Of a stretch of DNA of 45,004 bases, positions 26,046-35,040 are shown piece by piece; position 1 is the first letter of the stretch; each line of letters begins with the position of its first letter. The DNA comes from Marine Group II euryarchaeote MED-G33 (GTDB lineage Archaea > Thermoplasmatota > Poseidoniia > Poseidoniales > Thalassarchaeaceae). The stretch spans positions 1 to 45,004 of the forward strand of contig CATISE010000082.1 in NCBI GenBank assembly GCA_949538655.1, given 5' to 3'. A program made the position numbers and the translations under genes. The notes under the pieces are model-generated. The model searched no databases. It worked only from the letters and a program-made list of their open reading frames with translations, and was not told where the DNA came from.

Positions 26046-28517
26046 ATGCACACCCGCAGGCTATCGGTTCTGATGGTCGTTCTGCTCACGTTCTCGCTCA
26101 TGACGGCCCCTGTGAGTGGTGACACAGTCATCCGCTCAGAAACTGTTGATTTGTTACCCGCGGGCACTTTCGACAATGCTTCAGAATGGGACCTTTCTAC
26201 CAATAAGGCTTACAGTTCCGATCCAGCTGAATACTCTCAATCGATGGTTGCCGATGGACGGCTTTCATTCACACACAATCGTCCTGCCAATTTCAATGAA
26301 ATTAGTGCATGGTCATCAGTCTCCCCTACAGGAGATAACCTTTCCACCGGTAATCCTGACTGTTTCAAACCTGTATCTGACCCTGTTTGTGACAATGATT
26401 TGGACGGCGATTCAGATGGAGGTTTTTCGTGGACTAAAGGACCCATTATCGAACTGTCTGGTTTTGATTTAAGTGCTGGTTCAGATTATGAAATCTCGAA
26501 TGTGTCCCTTACGGTTGCATTCCGTGTCCCAGATGCCCTTCAACAGGACAGTGTGCAATTCATTATTGAATCCGAAGGCACGCAACACTTGGTCCGAACA
26601 TATGCACATACCATGGGTGAATTGAACCATATGAATTACAATGCACATGTCTATTCCCTTGACGGCATTAAAAACTGGACTTGGAGTGAATTGTCAAATC
26701 TCAAAATCATGCTGGATTACGTGTCTCAGGGTGAATTTGACGACACAGAACTGCAAGTTGACGCAGCCGGACTAATTGTCAAATATTTACAACCCTGGGG
26801 GACCTTTGAATTGGCTCAAGCATCACATCTTGTCTCCTTCGATGAATTCCCAGTGATCAATGTAAATCCAACCACGGGTATTCACCAAGATCTTTTGCAA
26901 TCTCCTTGTGGGCTGGAAAATTCGGCTCAGAATTCAGGAACATGGGATACAGTACCAATTTCACTGCCATATCAACAGGCATGGGGCCGGTTCCATCCCG
27001 ATGTTGTTGGCAATGCGAGTTGGCAATACTCCACCTCTGATGATGGTCAAACTTGGTCGCCCCCTGGTTCAATTTCGGCTGGTGAATTATTGCAAACCAG
27101 TGCAGAGTATCTCAAATTCCATGCAACACTTTACGATGGTTGCATTGAAGATTTGAATGTCGACATCAACGATCCGACACTAACAATTCAGGGCGAAATT
27201 ATAGGCGAAGTTCTGTCGATGGTACCCAATTTTGCCAAATTACGAATCGCGATGAATGGTGAAGAGGTTGCATCCTACGAAATTTCTGCTAACAATTCCA
27301 CATTTGAACTGACTGCCTCTGTAGGGCACCTACTATCTGCGGATGGCGGGGATGTAGAAGTTGGTTTGTCGACCCGATTCCATTGGTCCAGTGATGGAAG
27401 TTCAGAGAATATCGTAGTACATGTGGAAACAATGAGTATTGTTGGTGGTTTCCTGATTGAATGGGATCGTGATCCTGTTTGTGATGGTCAAAACGACCAG
27501 GTGTTTGAGGAAGATGGCGGTGGTCGGTTGCTTGATTTCCTGTATACCTGTACAGATGATTTCACATCAAACAACGACCTTTCCGTCACAGTTTCCAGTG
27601 CTGACACTTCGATTCTAGATGCAAATTTTGTCAATGGACAGATTCGCCTCCAACCACTTCCCAATGCCCATGGCGACACCACTGCTACAATCACAGTGAT
27701 GGATGAGCGCCAAAATACGTGGACTGACGAAATATCTGTATTAATCTCAGCAATCGATGATTCACCAGAAATGGATTCCCTCCCACCAACGATTACCTTA
27801 GAAATCGATGATCCGATTTCAATACCATTCGCATATTGGGATTCAGACACAGCATCAAACTTGGTCGATATTCAGATTACCCCCGCCTGGGCCGTTTTCT
27901 CAGCAGGTGAAATTGTACTCGATCCAAGCAGCATGGGTACATACACAATGATGATTTCAATTTCTGATGAACAAACAGTTGTGAGTCAGAATGTCACTAT
28001 TATCGTCACCCAGAGGGCTAATGTGTGGGTGCAGAGTATCGGAATACTTGATCGTAACACTGGTGAAAACTCAGTCATCGAAGGAAATGACATCGGAATC
28101 GATGTGTTTGTCCGAAATAGTGGAAACAGTATCGCGCAACCCGTGACGATACGCTGTTCAGTAAATGGGCAAACAATTGGAACACCTCAAATCGCAATGA
28201 TTTCTCCAGGGGGACTTGAAACGGCTTCCTGTGATGAGTGGAATCGCTTGGACATTCAATCAGGCGAGGTGACATTGGAAATTGAGATTGATTGGACGGA
28301 CGTAGTAGATGAAACAAATGAAGTCGACAACTTATGGTCAACCACGATTACCGTCCAAGATCGAAATCTAGAGTCCAGTGACTCAAGCAATAATGAACAA
28401 TCAACCCCATTTTTGAAGGAATACAATTCAACCCTCTGGATTACTGTCATTGTGTTAGGTTTGCTCACTTTGATGGTATTCTTGTATGGTCCCAACCAAA
28501 TTCGTAAGATCGACTAG
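26046..28517 (+). CDS. large secreted surface protein (cadherin-like repeats plus CARDB-like domain) with C-terminal TM anchor
   Basis: Signal peptide MHTRRLSVLMVVLLTFSLMTAPVSG. Cadherin-like unit …VTVSSADTSILDANFVNGQIRLQPLPNAHGDTTATITVMDER…SVLISAIDDSPE. CARDB-like unit …DVFVRNSGNSIAQPVTIRCSVNGQ…EIEIDWTDVVDETNEVDN. C-terminal helix LWITVIVLGLLTLMVFLYG followed by …IRKID. Confidence 0.75.
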   Translation: MHTRRLSVLMVVLLTFSLMTAPVSGDTVIRSETVDLLPAGTFDNASEWDLSTNKAYSSDPAEYSQSMVADGRLSFTHNRPANFNEISAWSSVSPTGDNLSTGNPDCFKPVSDPVCDNDLDGDSDGGFSWTKGPIIELSGFDLSAGSDYEISNVSLTVAFRVPDALQQDSVQFIIESEGTQHLVRTYAHTMGELNHMNYNAHVYSLDGIKNWTWSELSNLKIMLDYVSQGEFDDTELQVDAAGLIVKYLQPWGTFELAQASHLVSFDEFPVINVNPTTGIHQDLLQSPCGLENSAQNSGTWDTVPISLPYQQAWGRFHPDVVGNASWQYSTSDDGQTWSPPGSISAGELLQTSAEYLKFHATLYDGCIEDLNVDINDPTLTIQGEIIGEVLSMVPNFAKLRIAMNGEEVASYEISANNSTFELTASVGHLLSADGGDVEVGLSTRFHWSSDGSSENIVVHVETMSIVGGFLIEWDRDPVCDGQNDQVFEEDGGGRLLDFLYTCTDDFTSNNDLSVTVSSADTSILDANFVNGQIRLQPLPNAHGDTTATITVMDERQNTWTDEISVLISAIDDSPEMDSLPPTITLEIDDPISIPFAYWDSDTASNLVDIQITPAWAVFSAGEIVLDPSSMGTYTMMISISDEQTVVSQNVTIIVTQRANVWVQSIGILDRNTGENSVIEGNDIGIDVFVRNSGNSIAQPVTIRCSVNGQTIGTPQIAMISPGGLETASCDEWNRLDIQSGEVTLEIEIDWTDVVDETNEVDNLWSTTITVQDRNLESSDSSNNEQSTPFLKEYNSTLWITVIVLGLLTLMVFLYGPNQIRKID

Positions 28518-28729
28518 TGGTTTTCGAGTGTAAAAAACTCCATGTGGGCTGATAATGCATTTTTCTGCCTGAATCATTATACGGGGTAGTCGCTTCTAAG
28601 GGCTGTTCCCACAATGATTGGTGCTCCAATCAGGGGGTGGGTACAGGGGTGGTTATACACATGGCGAAACTAAAGATTCGTCTCGAAACAGAGACGTGGG
28701 TATTCGAAGAATTTGAACAAGCATGATGC

Positions 28730-29704
28730 TCAAAGATCAGCAGGGGAATCGTTCTTTTTCCAAGTACGCGGATATGTTTCCGGCGGTAGGAACACTGCAT
28801 CTGGGTGTGCGATTTCTCCTTCCTTCATTTCTGCGACCATTTCGGAACGCGTATGCATTGTTGCCAAAGCGACCAACTCTTCCTTTAGAGTCACCAATCT
28901 GACTTTATCTCCTCGTTCCAAATTATCAGAGATAGACGCGATTCCAGGGCGCATTAAGGGTGCACCATGCGCAATAGCAGCTGCGGCACCATCCTTCACT
29001 ACAATTTTCGGCAGATCCTGCACAAGTGACTCAATCGGTGTCAAAATTCTGCGTATGGCAACTTCTTCTCCCTTCTCTTGCCAAAGCCAAATGGCATCCT
29101 TTAGATCTTGAAGAGTGATAGATTGTGGCTCTTTAAACCGACCTGATTGGGTTCTCCTCAATTCTTTGAGTTCAACAGGGTGTCCAATTAACAAGCCCAA
29201 ATCACGAGCGAAGGTACGGATGTATGTTCCCGCTTCACAGGTGACTTCAATTGCAGCATCACGGCCATCTACCTCGATGAGTCTAGTTTGTATTTGACGA
29301 CTCCGAACTTGTATCTTCACGGCTGAAATTTCAGGCGGCACATTGTACACCTGACCCGATAGTTGAGAAACCGCCCGGCCCAAAACCTCCGCATCAAAAT
29401 TTCTAGATCCCCGAATAACCCCGACATAGGTTTTATCGTGACTGAGAACTTTTTTTGTCAATCTCATTGATCGACCGGCTAGAAGTACCAGAACACCTGT
29501 TGCAAAGGGATCCAGTGTCCCACCATGTCCAAGCTTCTCTACGCCGAGTATATCCCTGGCCCAAGCAGAGACTTGGTGACTATTTGGGCCGGCTGGCTTG
29601 TCGATTACAACCATCCCCCCCTGGAGTAGTTGCTCAATAGATCTCTCAGAAGGTATGCAGCCATGGGCTGGTGACGTTTTGGCATCAGCATCTAAAATAA
29701 TCAA
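28730..29704 (-). CDS. cbf5: H/ACA RNP pseudouridine synthase Cbf5 (TruB family with PUA domain)
   Basis: VVIDKPAGPNSHQVSAW and LGHGGTLDPFATGVLVLL (catalytic Asp motif). The C-terminal PUA-like region is …KIVVKDGAAAAIAHGAPLMRPGI…. Confidence 0.9.
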   Translation of the reverse strand: MIILDADAKTSPAHGCIPSERSIEQLLQGGMVVIDKPAGPNSHQVSAWARDILGVEKLGHGGTLDPFATGVLVLLAGRSMRLTKKVLSHDKTYVGVIRGSRNFDAEVLGRAVSQLSGQVYNVPPEISAVKIQVRSRQIQTRLIEVDGRDAAIEVTCEAGTYIRTFARDLGLLIGHPVELKELRRTQSGRFKEPQSITLQDLKDAIWLWQEKGEEVAIRRILTPIESLVQDLPKIVVKDGAAAAIAHGAPLMRPGIASISDNLERGDKVRLVTLKEELVALATMHTRSEMVAEMKEGEIAHPDAVFLPPETYPRTWKKNDSPADL

Positions 29705-30309
29705 TTGTATTCCTCCAAATGTTTGAGCACATCGCGCAAGATCTCTTCAGCATTTTTTACATCAGAATCGATGACATGAGTATAGGGGATGTGTGAATTG
29801 ATATCAAGGCCATAAAATTGCATGTAGCGAGATGCATCAGAATTCATTCTCCCGCGAATTAGATTCAATTGCTCGTCGATTGAGCCACCCTCACGTTCGA
29901 CAACCCGTTCTGCACGAACTCGTTCGCTGACATCAATCCAAATTCGAGGGCACTGTAAGTTGTTCTTGTAAGCCCACCAACCTGACAACCGACTTTCGAC
30001 AATCTCAGGACTGTCCGGTGAAAGCATTGTCTCGACGAGAAGTTTGTCGAGGGCTTGATCAACAGAATCATCCTCCTTGCATTTCTCTCCAAATTCCTCT
30101 AATGAAAGGCCTTGTTCCTCTGCCATGTCACGAAAAACTTGGCCCCCATTCAGTTTGTTCCAGTTCAGGGTCTGGCACAAACCACTGACAAGTGTACTCG
30201 TTCCAGAACCAGGATGTCCACTAATCGTCACCCTAGCAGCCACTTCAACGCCTCCATTCATCAAGGCAAATTTGGCATCGGTTCCGTCCAGTTTTGGTAC
30301 GAATGACAT
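29701..30309 (-). CDS. cmk: archaeal-type cytidylate kinase
   Basis: P-loop ISGHPGSGTSTL, then …GGQVFRDMAEEQGLSLEEFG…ESRLSGWW…RAERVVEREG…RYMQFYGLDI…. Its position between the DUF106 and cbf5 genes is the conserved archaeal order. An alternative start is the ATG at 30261. Confidence 0.85.
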   Translation of the reverse strand: MSFVPKLDGTDAKFALMNGGVEVAARVTISGHPGSGTSTLVSGLCQTLNWNKLNGGQVFRDMAEEQGLSLEEFGEKCKEDDSVDQALDKLLVETMLSPDSPEIVESRLSGWWAYKNNLQCPRIWIDVSERVRAERVVEREGGSIDEQLNLIRGRMNSDASRYMQFYGLDINSHIPYTHVIDSDVKNAEEILRDVLKHLEEYN

Positions 30310-31186
30310 CTAAGCCCCCACATGATCGACAGGCTACCCCCTCAAGGATGCGGGAAAATGTCGGTGCGCCCGACTTTTCAGCCTCCTTTGCATCTTCCTT
30401 TTCTTCAGTTGCCCCACGGTTACGTCTTTGACTGCGTTGCGTTCTTCGGCTGCTCTTTTTGTTTGTTTTCTTTTCCTTAAGAAGGACGAGCAAAGGCTCT
30501 TCCAATTTTTCACCAGACGTGACCATTGGATGGCTCCGATAGCGGAATAACTTGATGTGTCGGTCGACAATTCTACCGAGTGGGGCACTCAGTGTGATAT
30601 AGGCCAATATCCATGCAGGGAATAGCAGAATTCGGCCATTGAATCCCCACTGAGGATTCCATGGTAGGCTCACATAGTCGACTCTAAAACTTTCAACCAT
30701 GACATACATCCAACTAAAAATACCAATCACGAAAATCATTGTGAACATCATTGGTTTCATCATCGACATCTGCAACTTTGTTGTTTCAGGCATTAGATGC
30801 ATCTGCATCTTCTGTATTTTCTCCAAACGGACGTGATCACGAGATAGTCTAGCTTCCTGCATCAATTTACGCAATTGTTTGTTCCGATGATTGAGATGTG
30901 CTTGCAACATGGGATCCATGAACAAAGATCGGAATACAGTATTGACAATCATAATCGAGGACCCGACAATCAATACTGTTGGCACGAAATAGATATCATA
31001 GAAGGGAAGTGCAGGTTCAAGAACACCACCGGCAAGGTTCGCCATCGATAGTCGTAGCCCTTCACTCATGAGGATGAATGACATCCCAATTAAGAGGATA
31101 ATGGGTGTGAACAATTGGCCGAGAGGCATCTCGGGTTGATCAGGAATATCCTCAGCCATAATACTGCCCCGTTGAGGGCGCGCCAT
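30245..31186 (-). CDS. DUF106 (EMC3/TMCO1/YidC-like) membrane insertase homolog with basic linker and C-terminal Zn ribbon
   Basis: I trimmed the start to the ATG at 31186 (MARPQRGSIMAEDIP…) to avoid overlap with the divergent TPR gene. DUF106 pattern: TM1, then a coiled region NRNKQLRKLMQEARLSRDHVRLEKIQKMQMHLMPETTKLQMSMMKPMMF, then TM2 and TM3. A ~97-aa extension follows with KEKKTNKKSSRRTQRSQRRNRG and CRSCGG…CQIC. Confidence 0.8.
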   Translation of the reverse strand: MARPQRGSIMAEDIPDQPEMPLGQLFTPIILLIGMSFILMSEGLRLSMANLAGGVLEPALPFYDIYFVPTVLIVGSSIMIVNTVFRSLFMDPMLQAHLNHRNKQLRKLMQEARLSRDHVRLEKIQKMQMHLMPETTKLQMSMMKPMMFTMIFVIGIFSWMYVMVESFRVDYVSLPWNPQWGFNGRILLFPAWILAYITLSAPLGRIVDRHIKLFRYRSHPMVTSGEKLEEPLLVLLKEKKTNKKSSRRTQRSQRRNRGATEEKEDAKEAEKSGAPTFSRILEGVACRSCGGLDVIRTKTGRNRCQICLDEWRR

Positions 31187-31262
31187 CAACTCTTCGGGTT
31201 GAAATAGTGAAAAAATCGAATATGAAGGGAAGTGTTCAACTCTACGAAGAGTATGCGAGGCT

Positions 31263-32027
31263 ATGGGCTCCCCAGAGCAAGCCTTGCGCGATGCGCACGC
31301 AGCGGAGGTCGATGGCGACCTGCATTTGGCAGAATCCATACTTCGGGCGGCTAGTAAACAATGGCGCAGAGAACCCGAATTCAAAATGCGACATGGCAAA
31401 GTTCTGCGTAGTCTTGGGTATGAGAAGAAAGCGTTGAAGGTTTACCGCTCGGTTCTCAAGGCCCACCCACAACGTGTTGATGCAGCGATAGCCGCGGCTG
31501 AAACAGCATCGTCTTTGAATAAAGCACGTTTAGCTGAATCACTTTGGTCACGAGCCCTTTCTGTTGGTGCTCCAACAGATGTTGCAACCGTTGGATTATG
31601 TCGAGCGATTTGGATTCGCGGGCGTAAGGAGGAATCTTGGGGACGTGCTTACAGTGCATTCATTCAAGGAGGGAATTCAAGTCGAGTTCTACATGATTTT
31701 CTCCGCGAATGTTCACCGATCATCGGTACGCAAGTACCAGAGATTGACATCTTGGAAACGGGCCAATTGGATGACGAATATCAATCACCCACTACACGTA
31801 GAGAATTGACTCTTCAACCTGCAACCTTTTCAGCGGACTCAGTTGAATCAATGGCCGGTATACAGGCGAAAGATTTGTCTGCCCCATCCAATGATGCGAT
31901 TACAGATTTATTGGATCTAGACGAAAGGGAACATCAGATTGACATGAGCGCAATGAGCCAAGGCCCAAGCGTCAAGGCATCTCGTACAGACATTGAAATT
32001 CCGGACGACTTATTCGATTTTGACTGA
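31263..32027 (+). CDS. TPR-like helical repeat protein with acidic C-terminus
   Basis: Helix-pair repeats such as GDLHLAESILRAASKQ…, HGKVLRSLGYEKKALKVYRSVLKAHPQ and ARLAESLWSRALSVG. The C-terminal half looks disordered and acidic. Confidence 0.5.
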   Translation: MGSPEQALRDAHAAEVDGDLHLAESILRAASKQWRREPEFKMRHGKVLRSLGYEKKALKVYRSVLKAHPQRVDAAIAAAETASSLNKARLAESLWSRALSVGAPTDVATVGLCRAIWIRGRKEESWGRAYSAFIQGGNSSRVLHDFLRECSPIIGTQVPEIDILETGQLDDEYQSPTTRRELTLQPATFSADSVESMAGIQAKDLSAPSNDAITDLLDLDEREHQIDMSAMSQGPSVKASRTDIEIPDDLFDFD

Positions 32028-34898
32028 TTAGAATGTGTATGAGCAAACGGGGCACATTGTCATACCTGGGGCGACATCAGCATTGCAAATTGGACAGGTA
32101 GTCGCTTCTACAACTTCGTCACCTGAGTCGTCAGCAGAACCCCCTGTTAACTTGGCCAAGGCAGCATCCATTTGGTCATCATCCGCTTCATTGTCCTCTT
32201 GAGAATCGATTTCATCGTCTGAATCTTCAGTTGCTTCCTCAATTTCATCTTCAGCTTCTTCGTCATCAGCATGATTATCCTCTTCAGCAACCTCTTCATC
32301 ATCCTCTTCATGGTCATCATCCGATTCTTCGACAGGCTCTTGTTCGGGCTCTACGTGTTCATCATCGTCTGAAGTTTCAACGACCTCTTCTTCATCTTCA
32401 GATTCGGCCATTGGAAGTGCTTCCGGGGGTTCATCATCTTCAATTTCAGCACCCACATCAATGCCATGGATTTCTTGGGCATCACTGACCTTGAAACCAG
32501 TTTCTGAATCACCTTTGAATTCGTAAGTAACCTCAATTCTCTCACCTCGAGAAACAGTGCCGATGTTCCATGACATCTTCTTGCCATCAGTAGTTGCATC
32601 TTCGACCATATCACAATCAACTGTTTTACCCGTGGATGATACAACCTTCCATTCTAGTAACTCAAATGCACCAGGGATTACATCATGGATTACGACATCC
32701 TTGAGTGCGGAATCAGCCCGGTTGTTGAACATAATCATGGCTTCATATCGCCCGGCTCCACCAGCAGGGAATACTTCCTTCCCAGAGTCATAGTTGACCT
32801 TTCTGTGCGTTACGCGTACTGCAGGGACGACATTGAGTCCCCGTGTCGCTACAGGACCATACCGCTCGGAACTGAAATCGATTCGTGCCGGTCCAGCGAC
32901 AACATCGTTTGAGGGGCTCGGATCTGGAGCAACCAATGGGTATGTGATGCACATCTTGTGACCTGGAGCCAAACCGATGGGACCCTTGGTACCGATTGTA
33001 ATCAACATCGTATGCCCTGGCCCATCAGGAGATGTCCGATTCTCCTCAAGTGTAATCCCTTCTTTGAGTTCGATTTTGAATTGGTCTCGGATGAGCTCAT
33101 TCCCATCGATAGTTGCCTTGACACTTTCCGCATCAGGGGCACTGAAAATTCCAGGGATATCATCAGTGATTCGAAGTAAATTGATGGTGGCCGAACCAGT
33201 ATTCTCAATATCCATTGTGGCCATCAATTGAGTCTCTCGATAATGTCGAAGTACATCGATCGAATACGATTTTTCAACTTCTGCTTCAAGAACCTCGATG
33301 GTGAGTGGTTGCAACGTCACAGTACCTTCAGTCATTCTACTGACTCGTGGCAAGACAGTGTAGAGTAATTCTTGACTGAATGTTGGTTTCTCTGTGGAGT
33401 GAACAACCTTGACATCGCTTTCCCATCGTCCATCTGGAAGAACATCATCTTCGACGTCATCGACTTCGAAAAGATGCTCATCTACTCCGGTTTGACTCAC
33501 GGTTAACTTGGTCAAATCAACCGTAAATGAGGATCTATTTTCAAAGACAGCCTGACAGCGATAATTGTCAGGTCTTTCATCTTCATCGACAACCATGTAT
33601 GAGAATCCTCGACAGTGTGCATCAACTTCATCGAAGTTCATACCCGAAAGTGTAGCATCTGCTGCGTAAGTTGCAGTCGCATGTCCAGCATCGATTGCAC
33701 CTACCGACTGTGCAGTAACTGCTGTGGGAATCGAAAGAGTTCGACTTTCACCGGAAGCCAGTCGACCCACAGTCCATGTTACTGTGTCGCCTTGCTTTTC
33801 GTATCCATCACCGTCATTGACTTGGATTTCAATCGGGAATGTTCGTGTAACGACAATATCGTTGAGTTGAACAGGGCTCATGTTTTCGACTTCAAGTTCC
33901 AAATCAATATCCTGTGCATCTCCACTCCGCTCAAGCGATAGACTTCTTTCTTGGTTCCGTGATGGGTTCGTATCAATTCGCTCTCGAACGCATAACATTC
34001 GGGGGCCGTCTACGCTGTAACCCACAGTTTCATCTGCGCCTGCTTCTAGTTCTGAGAAAGGAAGGTCAGATTCAATATCGGAGAAATCAGTGTTGTTTAA
34101 CAAAACATCAATATCCCACAATCGATCTTTATCACTAGGGTTCTTCAGTGTAAGAATACCCTTTACAGATTGCTTGACCATGTCTCCATCAGCAGTAAGT
34201 GTTACGTTTTCTGATTCGCTTAGAGTTCCTACCAATTTGTGCCCAGGAATTGCATCAACATCTACCGCACTTCGAATCTTTCCTCCCGCCATTGAGGATG
34301 TGGTAACAGTTGTTACTTGTTCAATTACTTCGCCAGCATCGTCAGATGAACCAAGTAAATCAAAGCTAGGAGGTGAAGGTGGTTCCTCTTCGGCTTGCTC
34401 ATCAGATGGGGCTGACTGTGTTAGTAAGTCAAGCCCTGGAGGTGCTGGGGGGGCGGCGTCCTCAACGTCGTCATGTTGTTCGGGTGCAGAGGTTAGATCG
34501 AGCCCTGGTGGTGCAGGTGGTTCTGGTGGTGCAGGTAGATCGAGCCCTGGTGGTGCAGGTGGTTCAGGCATCTCGATTTCTTCATCATCTGAATCATCTG
34601 CCAAAAGCTCAAGGGGGTCGACCAAATCATCGTCCATCATTGGTGGCGCAGGTGGTGCCATCTCAGGTGGTGCAGGTGGTGCTTCAGGAGCTTCGGGTGG
34701 CGCAGGTGGTTCCAATCCAGGTGGTGCTGGTGGAGTTGGTGGTATCGGCGGCTCTAACCCTGGTGGTGTCGGGGGCGTAGGCGGTGTTGGTGGTACCAGT
34801 CCAGGCGGTGCCGGGGGCGCAGGTGGCGCCTCCGGTGGAGCCAGTGGCAGTCCAGGTGGCATTGGGGGTATGTTTCCATCATCGTTTTCGTCGCTCAT
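32028..34898 (-). CDS. large uncharacterised protein: Pro-rich repeat N-terminus, DUF11/CARDB-like beta-sandwich repeats, polyacidic tail, C-terminal Zn ribbon
   Basis: 956-aa uninterrupted ORF with no signal peptide or TM helix visible. PPAPPGL motifs occur in residues ~10-190. GDTVTWTVGRLASGESRTLSI and GKKMSWNIGTVSRGERIEVTYEF resemble DUF11-type repeats. A ~115-aa D/E-rich tail is followed by the ending TTCPICNADVAPGMTMCPVCSYTF. Confidence 0.7.
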   Translation of the reverse strand: MSDENDDGNIPPMPPGLPLAPPEAPPAPPAPPGLVPPTPPTPPTPPGLEPPIPPTPPAPPGLEPPAPPEAPEAPPAPPEMAPPAPPMMDDDLVDPLELLADDSDDEEIEMPEPPAPPGLDLPAPPEPPAPPGLDLTSAPEQHDDVEDAAPPAPPGLDLLTQSAPSDEQAEEEPPSPPSFDLLGSSDDAGEVIEQVTTVTTSSMAGGKIRSAVDVDAIPGHKLVGTLSESENVTLTADGDMVKQSVKGILTLKNPSDKDRLWDIDVLLNNTDFSDIESDLPFSELEAGADETVGYSVDGPRMLCVRERIDTNPSRNQERSLSLERSGDAQDIDLELEVENMSPVQLNDIVVTRTFPIEIQVNDGDGYEKQGDTVTWTVGRLASGESRTLSIPTAVTAQSVGAIDAGHATATYAADATLSGMNFDEVDAHCRGFSYMVVDEDERPDNYRCQAVFENRSSFTVDLTKLTVSQTGVDEHLFEVDDVEDDVLPDGRWESDVKVVHSTEKPTFSQELLYTVLPRVSRMTEGTVTLQPLTIEVLEAEVEKSYSIDVLRHYRETQLMATMDIENTGSATINLLRITDDIPGIFSAPDAESVKATIDGNELIRDQFKIELKEGITLEENRTSPDGPGHTMLITIGTKGPIGLAPGHKMCITYPLVAPDPSPSNDVVAGPARIDFSSERYGPVATRGLNVVPAVRVTHRKVNYDSGKEVFPAGGAGRYEAMIMFNNRADSALKDVVIHDVIPGAFELLEWKVVSSTGKTVDCDMVEDATTDGKKMSWNIGTVSRGERIEVTYEFKGDSETGFKVSDAQEIHGIDVGAEIEDDEPPEALPMAESEDEEEVVETSDDDEHVEPEQEPVEESDDDHEEDDEEVAEEDNHADDEEAEDEIEEATEDSDDEIDSQEDNEADDDQMDAALAKLTGGSADDSGDEVVEATTCPICNADVAPGMTMCPVCSYTF
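34329..34871 (-). repeat. coding proline-rich tandem repeats (PPAPPGL[D/E]x)
   Basis: The identical 30-nt string tagatcgagccctggtggtgcaggtggttc occurs at 34494-34523 and 34536-34565 (42-nt period, 14 aa). Further degenerate ggtggtgcaggtgg copies lie on both sides. Confidence 0.8.
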
Positions 34899-34980
34899 TG
34901 AAATTCCTCCATCGCAATGCGTGGGATAGCATCACGACGATATTGGAGGCCGTATAACCATTGTTGAACGGCAAATAGCC

Positions 34981-34994
34981 CGGTCCTAGGACCG
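34981..34994. promoter_or_regulatory. perfect 14-bp palindrome in a divergent promoter spacer
   Basis: CGGTCCTAGGACCG equals its own reverse complement. It lies between the divergent starts at 34898 (minus) and 35041 (plus). An AT-containing cgtataacc box lies ~25 bp to its left. Confidence 0.3.
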
Positions 34995-35040
34995 CAGGAG
35001 TGTCGGAGGGTTGATGAACCACTGTTGATGGCCCCCCATT

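Noticed and set aside
28518-28729. A definite H/ACA or C/D box guide sRNA call next to cbf5.
   Set aside because: There is no ACA box at the expected distance after a hairpin. The UGAUGA/CUGA box pairs are imperfect (the ATGATG at about 28721 is inside the cbf5 3' end). This is kept only as a low-interest structural observation.
34090-34929. 279-aa plus-strand ORF encoding a Gly/Ser/Ala-rich protein (…GGAGGSGGAGRSSPGGAGG…); also 34373..34780.
   Set aside because: It is the antisense shadow of the Pro-rich repeat region (CCN codons read as GGN on the other strand). The minus-strand ORF is 956 aa and continuous, so the plus-strand ORFs are artefacts.
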